This document shows positions 1 through 11,878 of a DNA stretch of 64,000 bases, in pieces. The notes under the pieces are model-generated. The model was given only the letters and a program-made list of their open reading frames with translations, had not been told where the DNA came from and ran no database searches. Location: the NCBI RefSeq assembly GCF_006345805.1, contig NC_043001.1, positions 127,968,001 to 128,032,000 of the forward strand, given 5' to 3'. The stretch comes from Octopus sinensis. Its lineage: Eukaryota. Position 1 is the first letter of the stretch, and each line of letters begins with the position of its first letter. A program made the position numbers and the translations under genes.

Positions 1-185
1 TGCCCTTCCTAACGCCAACCACTCCGTGAGTGTAGTGGGTGCTTTTTACGTGCCACCGGCACAAGTGCCAGACGGGGCTGGCAAACGGCCATGGTCAGAT
101 GGTGCTTTTTACGTGCCACTGGCACGGGGACCAGGCGAGGCTGGCAACGGCCACGATCGGATGGTGCTTTTTACGTGCCACCGGT
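1..185 (-). mobile_element. V-domain-type SINE (family C), partial, with ~60-bp tandem subunits
   Basis: tgcccttcctaacgccaaccactccgtgagtgtagtgggtgctttttacgtgcc, followed by two more gtgctttttacgtgcc units; same family as 25478, 36526 and 45809. Confidence 0.85.
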
Positions 186-676
186 ATGGATAAATGAAAA
201 GATGTATAAACAAATGGGAGACAAACAGAAAGTCCATAATTCTTCATCAGTTATTGACCAATTGGTACTGTTTAGTTTCGCACTTTTAATGATAAGACTG
301 AGTGCTTCTTGATTGACGGTACACACAAAAAATATTTTCTTTCGCAGAATTAGGGAAAAGAGCAGATAAAATAGAACAAGACAAGCAAAATGACATAGAG
401 TGTGATTTAGGACGGTGGACGAGGACAAGCAATCAGATGGGATGCCTTGCAATATTTGCCCATGGGGCCAGATAGATAATTAGATAGGTGATGGGCTTCC
501 ACATAGTTTCTATCCACCAAATTTACCCACAAGGCATTGGGTTAACCCAGGGCTATAGTAGAAAACACCCAATGTACTGCATGAAAAAACATTCACTTAA
601 ACATTGAAGGCTTGTTTCCAACAGGGGTCTTTGTTGGTCAGGGTTAGCTAGATATTTGTACTTGTATGCACAATAC

Positions 677-828
677 CAGGCAGTCTACTCTTTCCATGAT
701 ACTGATATTGTCCAAGGAAATGGCTGTTGCTTTAGGGCTGATATAGCTTGGTATTAGTGTGATTATTGGCATTGCTGACAGAATGTAATGAATCAGGGCA
801 AATATTGCAAGGCATCCCATCGGACTCT
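677..828 (-). CDS. Candidate exon of a minus-strand multi-pass membrane protein (SPMGCLAIFALIHYILSAMPIITLIPSYISPKATAISLDNISIMERVDCL)
   Basis: Acceptor tttttAG at 830-829; the only open frame; donor CTG|GTATTG at 676 (alternative donor at 661); phase-1 entry matches exon 1623-1672. Confidence 0.35.
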
Positions 829-1622
829 CTAAAAATTCTGCTAATCTACTATCCTGGATTGGTATTTCACATAGATATATGACACAACAGAGCTTCTATA
901 TAGCCACTCAATCTGCTAGAAATGACAACCAAATTTTTCTCAAATAACACCTATTTAAAAAAAAAAGGAAAGATTAAGCCAAATTCCCATCACACAGCTG
1001 TCAAGTATGAACAAATATTATTTGGGAACATATTCCATACTTTTGATAATTATTTTAGGTGCCTTTTTAGTTGTGAGTAGACAGAAACACTTTCTTGACT
1101 CTCTTGCCTTTGATCCAGTAGAACATCCAGAATGAGACAGCTGGAGGGAGAAAGGGTCATAGGCACAGTAGGGTACAATGGAGCAAAGACGCAAAGAGTT
1201 ACTCACTCCAGGAATTTGAACCTACAGCCTTACGATTATTAACCAAACCCCGTAACCACAGCTTGCCATTAAAAAAACCCCCAAAACGCAATAACGCATT
1301 AGACAATGTAGTCTTGTAAACATTGTTCAGAAATAAGATAGAATAATCATAGCGGCATCGGTTTATCGTAAGTCTACTTGATCAAAACTGACCTTAACCA
1401 AAAAAATAACCATAATTACTGTTACTTGTTATTTCTTGATTTTCAACTTGGAATTTATAAATTAAATGGAAGGCCTTGAAGGGAATAATAGATGCTACTT
1501 ATCAGGAATATAAAACCCTGGAGTCTCGAGGGATGCATTCAAAGGTGTTAATTTCTCTTATTAAGAATCAATATTTTCTTATATTGACACAAGGTCACGA
1601 ATATGTTGGATATTTCCAGTAC

Positions 1623-1672
1623 TTATCAATACATAACTAAGGATTTGGATCTTGACTGTGGAGGGATAAAAT
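1623..1672 (-). CDS. Candidate exon of the same minus-strand gene (FYPSTVKIQILSYVLI)
   Basis: Acceptor ctatttAG at 1674-1673, weak donor AA|GTACTG; 50 nt, phase 2 to 1, frame-consistent with both neighbours. Confidence 0.3.
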
Positions 1673-1752
1673 CTAAATAGGTGTTAACTCATTTAATCGC
1701 TCCCTCCACAGTAATTAACGAATTCTTGTAATCGTATATCGATATAAGGTAC

Positions 1753-1858
1753 TTATTCCCCAGAATCCAGACGGATGAAAAAGCCAAGTTAATTAACCCT
1801 AGCAACTCTTGTAGAGAAGAAACTACCAGCAATAAAACATTTACTGAATCGCTCTCTC
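1753..1858 (-). CDS. Candidate exon of the same minus-strand gene (ESDSVNVLLLVVSSLQELLGLINLAFSSVWILGN)
   Basis: Acceptor tttattttcaAG, donor AA|GTACCT, single open hydrophobic frame, 80-nt downstream intron. Confidence 0.4.
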
Positions 1859-1955
1859 CTTGAAAATAAATGGTAGTAAAATAGATTTTATAAGATTTAA
1901 AAAAAAAATCATTTTGAGAGAAGGATATTACAGACTACAAGCAATCACTTCTCAC

Positions 1956-1989
1956 TTTTATAGACATTTGAAAGTATTAAACAAGCAAA
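1956..1989 (-). CDS. Candidate upstream exon of the same gene (FACLILSNVYK)
   Basis: Acceptor cttttcatatgtAG, donor AAA|GTGAGA; phase 0 to 1 fits the next exon. Confidence 0.25.
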
Positions 1990-4900
1990 CTACATATGAA
2001 AAGCTTGAAACACCGCAGAGAAGTTATCGATTTCCGTTTTGGTTGTTCCACTTATATTTAGAAAGAAGGGCGATTACTTCAATTCATGCTACTACTTCGT
2101 CTCTACTGAGAACTGATTATTTGTGGTAGAACCAGACATCCAGGCCGATTGTTTTTATTGTAGTTTAGTCTAGTCATTCATTACTTTTAGATCAAACACT
2201 GCAGGGGTCTACTTCGTAATTTTGGGCCTGGGTTTGATAAATAACCACCAATAAAATATTAGATGATAGTTTCTATTGATTATGGTGAACGGAAGTAAGG
2301 CCAGTGTTTTAGTTAAGGAAAAAAAAAAGTCATATCTCAATTGAATTAAATATTTAACTTGAGCATACATCATCACGTATACAGAATTACAACGCAGATG
2401 GCATTATGTGTGTCAAAAACACATTTTATTCGATATCAAGTGAAAAAACCTATTAAATTCAGTAATTTTATTTTAGATTCTTCTGTGACAGTTTCTCCCA
2501 GGAAATTCCCAACAAAAATTTGGCTTTGTATGAAACCAAAATAAATTAAATCTGATACTGTATTAAAAACAAAAATACAACTTATCAGCATTAAGAAATA
2601 GAATGGATTTTATATTTTATTTTCTTCGAAAATTTTGTTGCTTTGGACCCTAAATCATTTTATTTTAGGCTCCAATAAGTACATAAGTGAGAAACACATT
2701 GGACTGTAACATGGCGACAGGCAACAAAGAAGCACTGGGTCTAATTATTTAATTTGGAAAAAAAAAAAGCTGTTATTTGATACACATACTTCGCAGTTTC
2801 TTTTTAATTTTCGAAATTGGATACATTGATAAAAATCAATAAATAAAACAAGTTCAAACACATAATGAAAAGTGTTTGGTCAGATAAGTTGTGGAAAATT
2901 TGAATGTTTACACTAAAACTAAATCATTATATATTATACACACACACATTTCGGTTCTACATACGCTTCCTCCAACCCTTTTGGTCATTATAAACAAATC
3001 ATTTGTCTTCGACGGGTGAATTCATACATAATACACACACACGCACTTGTTATTTCGCTTACATTGGTCGCCTAATTTACCATTATGCGCAGCGCACTGC
3101 CCTAAGTTCCGAATTAATTGCAGCTTTCAATTAAAACGGTGTGCGACGTGTAGTGACGGGCACTGACATTTAGATAGCCCTTATAGGAAATAATTGCATA
3201 AAAGAAAGGCAGTTGAACATTTCCTAGCATGGAAATATCAGTCGTATTTCCTGACGCCAGGAAATATCAGTTGGAAAACATTTCTTGACGAACACCCCGA
3301 GAAGCACTTGCGTGGGAGGGGGCGTCGTCCTGTGTATCAACGTCCGTCTTACAAGTTTACCTACAACGTCTCCTTCTATGAAAAGGAGACATTTATGAAG
3401 TTATCGCGTATTGTTGCTCGACTAACAGCAGAAATTTTGCTAATATATGCAACCATATCCGCGAGTATGCTTTCTATTTTCCAGTTGTGTCGATTTATTT
3501 CTAACAAAATTATATTCTCATAAGGATGAAGATTTAAATAAAAGTGTCAATATCCTACGCAAACTACGTGCTTAAATGTCTAATGCAGGGGGAATACTTT
3601 TTTTTCAATAGAACCCACGTAAGGGGCTCAATATCTTTGTTGTTCGGACAGTTCACACAATTCACGGTGCTTTTTTTTTTTTTCAATGCTGAATGGGTCA
3701 ACCTTAAGTTTTCTACGATTAATAAAATGATATTCCGATCATGCATTTTTCCCATCATGGCCCCACATTAAAATGCAAAGGAAAATTTTGTTACGTCTAA
3801 GTAGGAAAGTAAACCGCTTAAATAACAGAAAAACAACAAAAAAAATGCCCCCGAAACGTGTCCATAACAACAAGACGATGTGGCACAGTCAACTGCTTCG
3901 CAGCTACTGAAATGGCGTCATGTGTGTCGCTTTATACTACCGAGCACGTGACCTCCAGCACCTCTCACTCAAATTACCGCCATTTTAAAAACCATCAGGT
4001 TTCCCTGCCGGACCTCGCAGTTTTATTGTATTCTTAGAGAATTCAGTTAAAGGATTTACTCTGTGGGAATAAATCGTCAATACACATCTTAAGCAAAAAA
4101 ATTTTTATTTGGTCAACCAATCAGATTTCGAAGTCACTAAGCTAGATAGACCCATATTGCAGTGCGTCGGATGTGGTAATAGCGGGAACTAACGAATTAA
4201 CTCCCTTGGCAAAACCAGCTAGGCCCTAGAATAAATTACGGATGACTAAAAGTTTCAAAATAATCCACGAACTCAGCGCCATCGTGTTTTTATACTTAAT
4301 TTTAATTTGGACTGAAGTTTCTTCGTATCTTATGCAAATTTCTCTATTTATATTGTTTTATAGCAAACAGAGATTAAATAAAAAAGTAAATTTATAAAGA
4401 AACTGCTATTATTTTCAAAGAGTTCAGAAATGCACTTGAAATATGGAAACGCAAATTGTGACACGTTTAGGTTTTCATAATTGTATAACTGTAGTTTCGT
4501 CAGCAATCGTTTGCTATTTCTAAATGGAAATGCTTGTTGTCGCACATGTTATGTGGCCAACTAATATCTGATTCCAATTGAAATTTCAACTCGAAAATAG
4601 GTTTAGAACTGAACTCCAGCGGAATACTGCTTGTCCAATCTGTTGGTAAAGTGTTGATTTTAATATCGATACTGATAAAAGTAGAATTTCGATAAATATT
4701 AACATTTAAATATCAATGACTGTTTCGACACCGTCTGCAACCAGGAAAATTTATAGCTTTTAGTAAGCTTTGTTTTATTTTTTCTCCTAATTGGCTTTGT
4801 GTATATATATATATTTTATTACCATTATTTTTATCTTTACATTTGCATTTACCAGCTTGATTAACCATTTTACAGAGCACTTCACCTCTTCACTAATACG

Positions 4901-5537
4901 GAGAAATCATTTCCATTGTATTTCATGTGGTGTGAGTGTATATATATATATATATATATATATTGTGTGTGTTTGTGCGCAACGATTTTCCCTTCTTTTC
5001 TATTTAAAAACATTATTTTCCTTTCTAAATGAGATATTTATTTACATATATGTATCTTCAATTCTGCAGATTTAAATTTGTTTCACCTTTTCAATTTTGT
5101 TTTCTGTATTTATATGATGAATTTTTGTCGGTTTGTTAGTTATTATGTGTAAATCTTATGATGGAATATTTTCCCTTTTTTTATCTTTCAATAAATTAAA
5201 TCAAACCGTCGCACAACGTAATGAAGTGAATCAAAAGTTCTTTCCAAAAATCTTGAATGTCCATAAATTCTCTGGAAAGATTTATCCTTGCCTAATTTGA
5301 AAAGTGGGGGTCCAGATTTAGTAAGAAAATCTAAACGATTTTGGCAACTCATTTTGTGTCCAATAAGGCCTTAGCTAAATTCAAAAACTCATCTTAGAAT
5401 CCCCTTTTCTGCTTTTCCCTCCCTACAAATATGTATATATTTCTTCGTTTATTCAGTGTTTCGTCTAGATTATTAAGCATTGTTATCACTATTTGAGGTC
5501 TTACTTTAACCACAAACCTTTTTTGATTTGTTTTGTT

Positions 5538-5756
5538 TTAACCCATTTAATACATAAACTTTTTTTATGTTTTCATAAAAATAAACAGTATGGATGGAAA
5601 AAAGTCTAAAATATAATTAGAGAAATTGTTTGGGATTTGTGGAAAATTAATACAAGAACAAAAGTATTTTAGGTACTTTTAAATTGAAATATATATTCAT
5701 AGTGTTTAATTTTCTTACTGTCCTGATTTTGGGACACTTGTGCATTAATGGGTTAA
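5538..5756. mobile_element. TTAA-flanked MITE (piggyBac-like ends)
   Basis: ttaacccatttaatac ... gcattaatgggttaa, imperfect TIRs between TTAA sites. Confidence 0.55.
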
Positions 5757-6034
5757 TTATAGTCTTCCCTAAGAGTCTTCCCCAAGTCTTCTTTTTGTGT
5801 TCATTTCCTCATCATTTAATAGTTTTCCCCCCATGTTTTTGATTTGTGTACTTTTTTTTGCTATCTGAAAGTGAGAACAAGGAAGTTTTTATTTATTTAT
5901 TTTTCGGTATATTTAATATGTAGGTTTAAATGTTTTTCTTACATTTCTTTATGAATTCCTCTGTACACATCTGAAGTTTTAGTCAATATTTTTTCTTTTA
6001 TGAAACACTTTAAAGATACATTTCGCGACGATCA

Positions 6035-6343
6035 CATTAAAAAGGTGGAGGGATGAAGGTTATAAAAATGAGTTGTGTGGAAGGCTTCACAGGTACAGAT
6101 TGGGCGCAGGGACATAGACATTATCAATATGTTAAGAAGAAAGGGTTTTCTCAAGCACAACTAACTGCCAATCATCTTGGTCCTTTGACAACGTTGCAGT
6201 GGCTCAACAACCTGAGGTCAGTTTCCATGTCTTTTCTCATGGATCTCCGCCTTCCACAAGTTTTATCCATATTTAGTGATTGACACTTTATACAACTATC
6301 CTCATCCATATACAGCACATAACCATACCAGCACACTATAGCT
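6035..6343 (-). repeat. 309-bp inverted duplicate of 13353-13661
   Basis: Reverse complement matches 13353-13661 at 307/309 positions; explains the twin 76-aa ORFs 6053-6283(+) and 13413-13643(-). Confidence 0.97.
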
Positions 6344-7044
6344 TTGGGAAAGGTTAAACCTTTAACGATCAGTGCTTGCGAGCCAGTTTCGATTCCGGGT
6401 AGATTCTCTTCTTTTACTTATGTCGCTAATATATTTGAAAAGGCATGACTATCGCAACAGTGCTTTTTGCCACTTCAACAACTCTTAAGATCTTATGTCT
6501 ACTAATGCAAAGAAGTCAGTAAGTTTTAAACTTTTTTTTTATTAATTTACCCATTCGTTGTAGAGCTGGTTACTATTCAAGAAGAGTTTTAATTTTCGGT
6601 GTCGATGAAATCAGATATATACATTCAATATTCAGCTGAATCGCTCATGTTTATGTATGTATATCTGTACCATTCGGGCGATCTTTCGCCTTGACGCTGT
6701 GTTTATATATTTTTATGTGCATGTATCTATAATTGTGCATACACATGCATGCACAAATATGCATACATACACGCATAAACACAATACATACCCCAAAAAT
6801 ACATAGATAAAAGCGATGCATCTGAAAAATATATTAAAGAAATACAAAAAAAAATTATGGAAATTGCCGAACAAATAGTTTTACTTCTCGTGTACTTTCT
6901 TCGATAGATTGCTATATATATATATATATATTTGTATGTATGTATATATTAGTCAAAAGAACTTGAGCCGAATGTGTCGCTCAAATTTGATTCTTTGTGA
7001 ATCGATTCATTTACATCATTTACGTCCTTGGTAAATGCATGAAC

Positions 7045-7310
7045 CTTACCTAGTTTAATCCTCTTTATTGTAAATTCCACCGCCTTGTGCATAAAGCAAG
7101 TACTATTGTATTGCAAACACTCCGATACACCGTTAGCTTCTCTATTACACCGAACACGCGTGCCGGTTTCGAATCGTTACTGGAAAGCAATTCCGCTTTG
7201 ATTTCATCATATTTTCCTTTATGAAATAAAGCAGAAAAGGGGCAGTGTCTTTTCTTTTCCTTTTTTCCCCCTGTAAAATGGGCCGGTGTGGGACAATAGA
7301 TAAGGTATTG
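7045..7310. promoter_or_regulatory. Probable (bidirectional) promoter and non-coding first-exon region of NOL9
   Basis: CpG-richer island upstream of the 8712 acceptor; + donor AAG|GTATTG at 7305 and outward-facing minus donor TAG|GTAAGG at 7049. Confidence 0.4.
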
Positions 7311-8888
7311 GGTTATGATTAAAAAATTTTTTTTTCGGTGTATCTGCTTTGTTACAGTTTATTTACAATGCCCCTGCTCTAACTATCGGAAATAGGTGAA
7401 TACTGAGTTAGGTTCCGGCTCTAGAGCAACTGTATAGACTGAAGCCTCGCTGTCCGGCCTGTTACCTCTCCCCTTATTCTAATTTCTCTCGTGTGTGTGG
7501 TAAATTGATGGAATATTCAACAGGTTTTGAGTAGGTATTTTTACCTGACCATTTGTTTGGTACATCGAGTTCAATTTCTATCGAGTCATTAAAATTATTT
7601 CTGGCCTTGTCTAATCTGTCGAATTTGTTTCTCTGGCACCAAGTAAATTGAGGGCAATGTGCTCCAATAAGGTCATGGTCAAATATCCGAAACCATTAAA
7701 AAATATGAAAAAAGATGTTTCATACTTCTTTTAATGTAATTTCTGGTTAATATTTTGTGTTCTACAAATGGTTAGCAAAAATTGAACTATTTTAATTTTC
7801 CTTTCAGTTTTACCTCTACAACTAACAGTAAATATATAGTTCATCAAACAGTGGGAACAATAATTGTTTCATTTAGTTATTTACAGTAAATTATTACAGT
7901 ATTAAGTATTGTAGAAACCGGTGTATATCAACTTGATCGACGCCAGCAACCAGTTGGTTTATTATTATGGAATATTGTTTACAGGGTAGAGCATTCTTAA
8001 AAAAAGAAAAATCTCAGATTTTGCCTTCTAAGTTGAATTTAAGCGTATTGAAAAATATTCACATAATTTTCGAATTTGGATAATTTCCTATGCATATTTT
8101 TCTATTTACATGTGCAAATTCTAATGGGAAATATTGAACAGAATACAATGAGCTAGAAGAGGTGGACTGAATGCATTACGGCCCGTTTTGCATTTGAATC
8201 TTGCTAGGTCACTAAACCCCACTCGTCTCCAAAAAACATGAGCCGTGAGGTCTTTGTTATTGAAAACAAGGATGCTTGAACTTTTCATGTTTTGCAGTGT
8301 ATATCAATCACCTTGTCCTGGGACTTGATTGTTTACTGTAATATATGCAAGAACAATATTTTGGCGCCTTTGTACACGAGGTCTTTGAAAACTTATACTG
8401 AGGAGTTGCATAATTATATATGGTCTGTTCAGCATAGTACGTTTTATCCATTTTAGGTGATAGATGAGAATTCGCATGTTTAGTCAAAGATTATTTAGCA
8501 CAAAACATGAACGAAATGGTTTCAGTGGATAATAAAAACCAAATTACCACTGAAATCCTAGTTCTCTGCTTATTTTTATCTTAGAGCACATAAAACGCAC
8601 AAACAATATTGGGTTTATCAAATGTTTTCTCATGAATTATTTCGTTATTTTCATGAATTTAATCTTTATTTTAAAGCGAAATTTGATACATATATTTTTT
8701 TTTATTAACAGGTTTATGAACTTATTACTACAGTTCAGCATGTATGACTGAAGATTGATAATAATTGTAACAATAATAATTAGAAGAAACGTGAAACAAA
8801 GCCAGAAAATATCAGCAGGTTAGATTGTTTCTAAACTGTGGTGTGTAATATGAATGCAGCTGTTTGCTGATAGCTTGCTTTTGTTGAT

Positions 8889-10048
8889 ATGTCACCTCAC
8901 GGAATCAAAGGAACAGGCAAGAAAAATAAGTGCTCATCACTTAGTGTTAATGGACCAAAAATGCTTGCAAAGAAAAAAAGGAAGATTTTAAGTGAGACTC
9001 CTGATGTTGATGTGTCTGGAAAAGCAACCAGTTGGCGTGGTCTTAAAATTGAATCCTCAAATGATCTTAAAGAGAAGATACTGAAGCAGTTAACATGTCC
9101 ATCTCGCCAGTACAAAGGGAGAGATGGCGAAATAGAGCTTCCTCCCAAGAAAAAGCGGAAATTTCAAAACAATGGCAGTGTTGAAACTGATTCAGATGTA
9201 GAGAAAACTAGTCGGAGAAGCAAACTGATGAAAAAACAGTATCTGGAAAAGCCTAGCTCTAAAATGCAAAGATGGAAGAAGCTGGCTGAAGATGCTGAAT
9301 TCTATGGGTCTTCAAATTCTGCAAGCAAAGGCAAAAAGAAAAAGAAATTAATGACTGTAAATTATGATGATGGGGTTTGTGTTTATGATTTGCACACACC
9401 CAGCAAATTGAAGAAAATGAAACGGCAAAAAGGTGCTAATCACATAGTCAACAAAAAGAAGGTTCATATTGGTAAACGTGTCATTACTCCTCACAAGGGG
9501 GGCCGAAAGGAAGCCATGAAACCAAAACTCAATGTCAGCAGCAGTCGTTTAAAACTTTTGTCTAAAAAACAACGAAAGAAGCTTGAGGAAAATTATTCAC
9601 TGCAGATATACAGTGATGTGGAATTGTCAGACAGTGATGTGTCTGCTGATGGACAAAACGTAATTTCAATCAAGAAGGGCAAGTTTTCAATGCCTGACAA
9701 GTGGAGTTATCGACAACTGCTGAGCAAGAAAAAGGCCAAGTCTAAGAAAGAACAGGAATGCAATGTTGGCAAGATAAAAAAGTCAAAGCAGCATCACGAG
9801 CATGTTTTGGAGGATGAAGATTCCTACGACAACATTGAAGAAGCTTCTTCTGATGAAGATTTATCAGAAGTTGATGATGATGACGAGGATGAGGATGAGG
9901 TTGATGATGCTGAAGAGGATGATGATGATGAGGAGGAAGAGGATGATGATGATGATGAGGATGACGACGACGAAGACAGTGAGGCCCAAATGAGTGATGA
10001 AAGACTTGGTGCAGAAAAGAAAAATGTATCAAATCAGAATTTACCCAA
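8889..10048 (+). CDS. NOL9: NOL9 first coding exon: Lys-rich then Asp/Glu-rich disordered N-terminus (exon starts at 8712 with 5'UTR)
   Basis: Acceptor tttattaacAG at 8710-8711; 386 codons + AA, donor AA|GTAAGT at 10049; phase 2 matches exon 42929. Confidence 0.8.
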
Positions 10049-11731
10049 GTAAGTTATTTATTTCTCATTACTTGATTACTTTTTTTTTTCTTTGTTCTTT
10101 ATGACTGGTCTTTTCTAAAATATGCATAACATAAAGTCACTGGACTTTGTCTTGTCAGCATAGGTATTTTTGTTGGTTTTTTTTTTTTTTTTTTTTGCTT
10201 CTTATATCATTTATGTATACAAAGAGAAGAGGAAACATTAATGGTTAAGTGAGAATTGAATTTGCATCTCTTGGTTTAATGCCCAAGTGCTTCCCAAATT
10301 AAACTTCTGTTAATTTGTTCCTGTAACAGTCTAAGCATTATTCATATATGTAGTTAAAATCTTTTCGAAATGTGTGCAAAGGCTTGTAAATTTACATGAA
10401 AATATTGATGAAGCATGAAGTAGATGATATCAAAGAGACTCAAGTTAACAGTATGTATATTATCATTTTAGAAATGTTTATACATAAAAGTAGACAGTAT
10501 CTCATGTGTTAATGACGCAGGCACAAGGAAGATATATTGAAACAAAAAGTGAGCTAACTACGAATTGAACCTCAGTTTGTTTTTTTTATAAGCCATTCAG
10601 TTAAGCTGCAAGATCTTTTACCAGTTTATCATGTTTATAAATTTAGATGTATTTAATCACATGTTCCTTTGATTATGATATTCTAAGGGTTACTGATTTC
10701 CCCGTCTTTTGTGTTTCATATTTCTAATCGTCATTACATAAATTTTTATAGTACTTATTAATATATTGTTTTAATGTTAAAGATTCTGGTGTGAAAGTTT
10801 TTGTTTTGATATCTCAAAATCGGTTCAGATGGTTAGTTTCACTTCAGATCTTATTTTATTTAATGCTTGGTTTCAGGTTACGAGATTTAGATCTCAAATT
10901 CTTCAGTTTTATTCAGTATCTTATAGACTGATTTTCAGATTAAGTACATTATCGTTATTGTCTACTACACCATCTCTCTAACAGAATATGCTTTTTTTCT
11001 TTTTTTTTTTTACACTTCTTAGTAGTACTATGTCTGCTCAGTTGATATCATTCAGTAACTTCCAAGTTGCAGCATCACCCTTATCACAAATATCATTTTG
11101 ACATCATTGCAGTTCTCATGCTCTGTTCATCAGTGCCACTTTTTCATACCTGATACATATTACTTCATCTACATGCATCTAACATGTTCCTCTCTAAAGC
11201 AGTTTTACAGTTTTATTCTTTTAAGCTACACACCTATGACAGACCAGTCACACATTTGATACATTCATTGTGCTTCTTGGATGGAGAATGACTGATCAAA
11301 TTTTTCTTTTTGTTTAAGGCAATCAGAAAATAAGTTAGGATAATATTGCCTATGACTTATATATTTCCCCTCAAAATTCTTGGTTAATTCCTTTAGCTTG
11401 ATTGAATGTTTTGTACCTTAACTTTTGGTTGGTTAGAACTTTGGTGAATTATATATAATTTTAGCAAAATAATACTTGGTCAGTTGCAGATATTTACAAA
11501 TGGTACATATATTTGCTACTAAATCCTAGATTCTATTTCTGCTTGACATATTACTATTAACTGTCTATCTCATCAGCTATTATCTTAAACCAACTTTGCA
11601 TTATCTTAAGGTTAAAGCTTTTAAATTTTTCTGGTATTGTTGAGAAAGCAATGTCTTTGCTGGTTCATTCAGCATGCAACTATTGAAGACTTACATTAAT
11701 GCACACATTTCATACAGTATAGATATTCTTT

Positions 11732-11878
11732 TCTACTCCAGGCACAAGGCCCAAAATTTCTGGGGAAGGGCCAGTCGATTAGATCGACCCCAGTACGCAA
11801 CTGGTACTTACGTTATTGAACCTGAAAGAATGAAAGGCAAAGTCGACCTCGGTGGAATTTGAACTCAGAACATAAAGA
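11732..11878 (-). mobile_element. Deu/Nin-domain SINE fragment (family B)
   Basis: Reverse complement of ctgagttcaaattc..gaggtcgactttgcctttcat, similar to 23282-23516. Confidence 0.7.

Noticed and set aside
3194-3523. 109-aa ORF in the CpG-rich island
   Set aside because: Non-ATG start, no motifs or supporting splice structure
6053-6283. Twin 76-aa ORFs at 6053(+) and 13413(-) as duplicated small genes
   Set aside because: They are the antisense frame of a decayed RTE tail copied by the 309-bp duplication
9742-10032. Minus-strand poly-His ORF and + alternative-frame Met-rich ORF (9802-9993)
   Set aside because: Shadows of the GAT/GAG acidic tract of NOL9 exon 2
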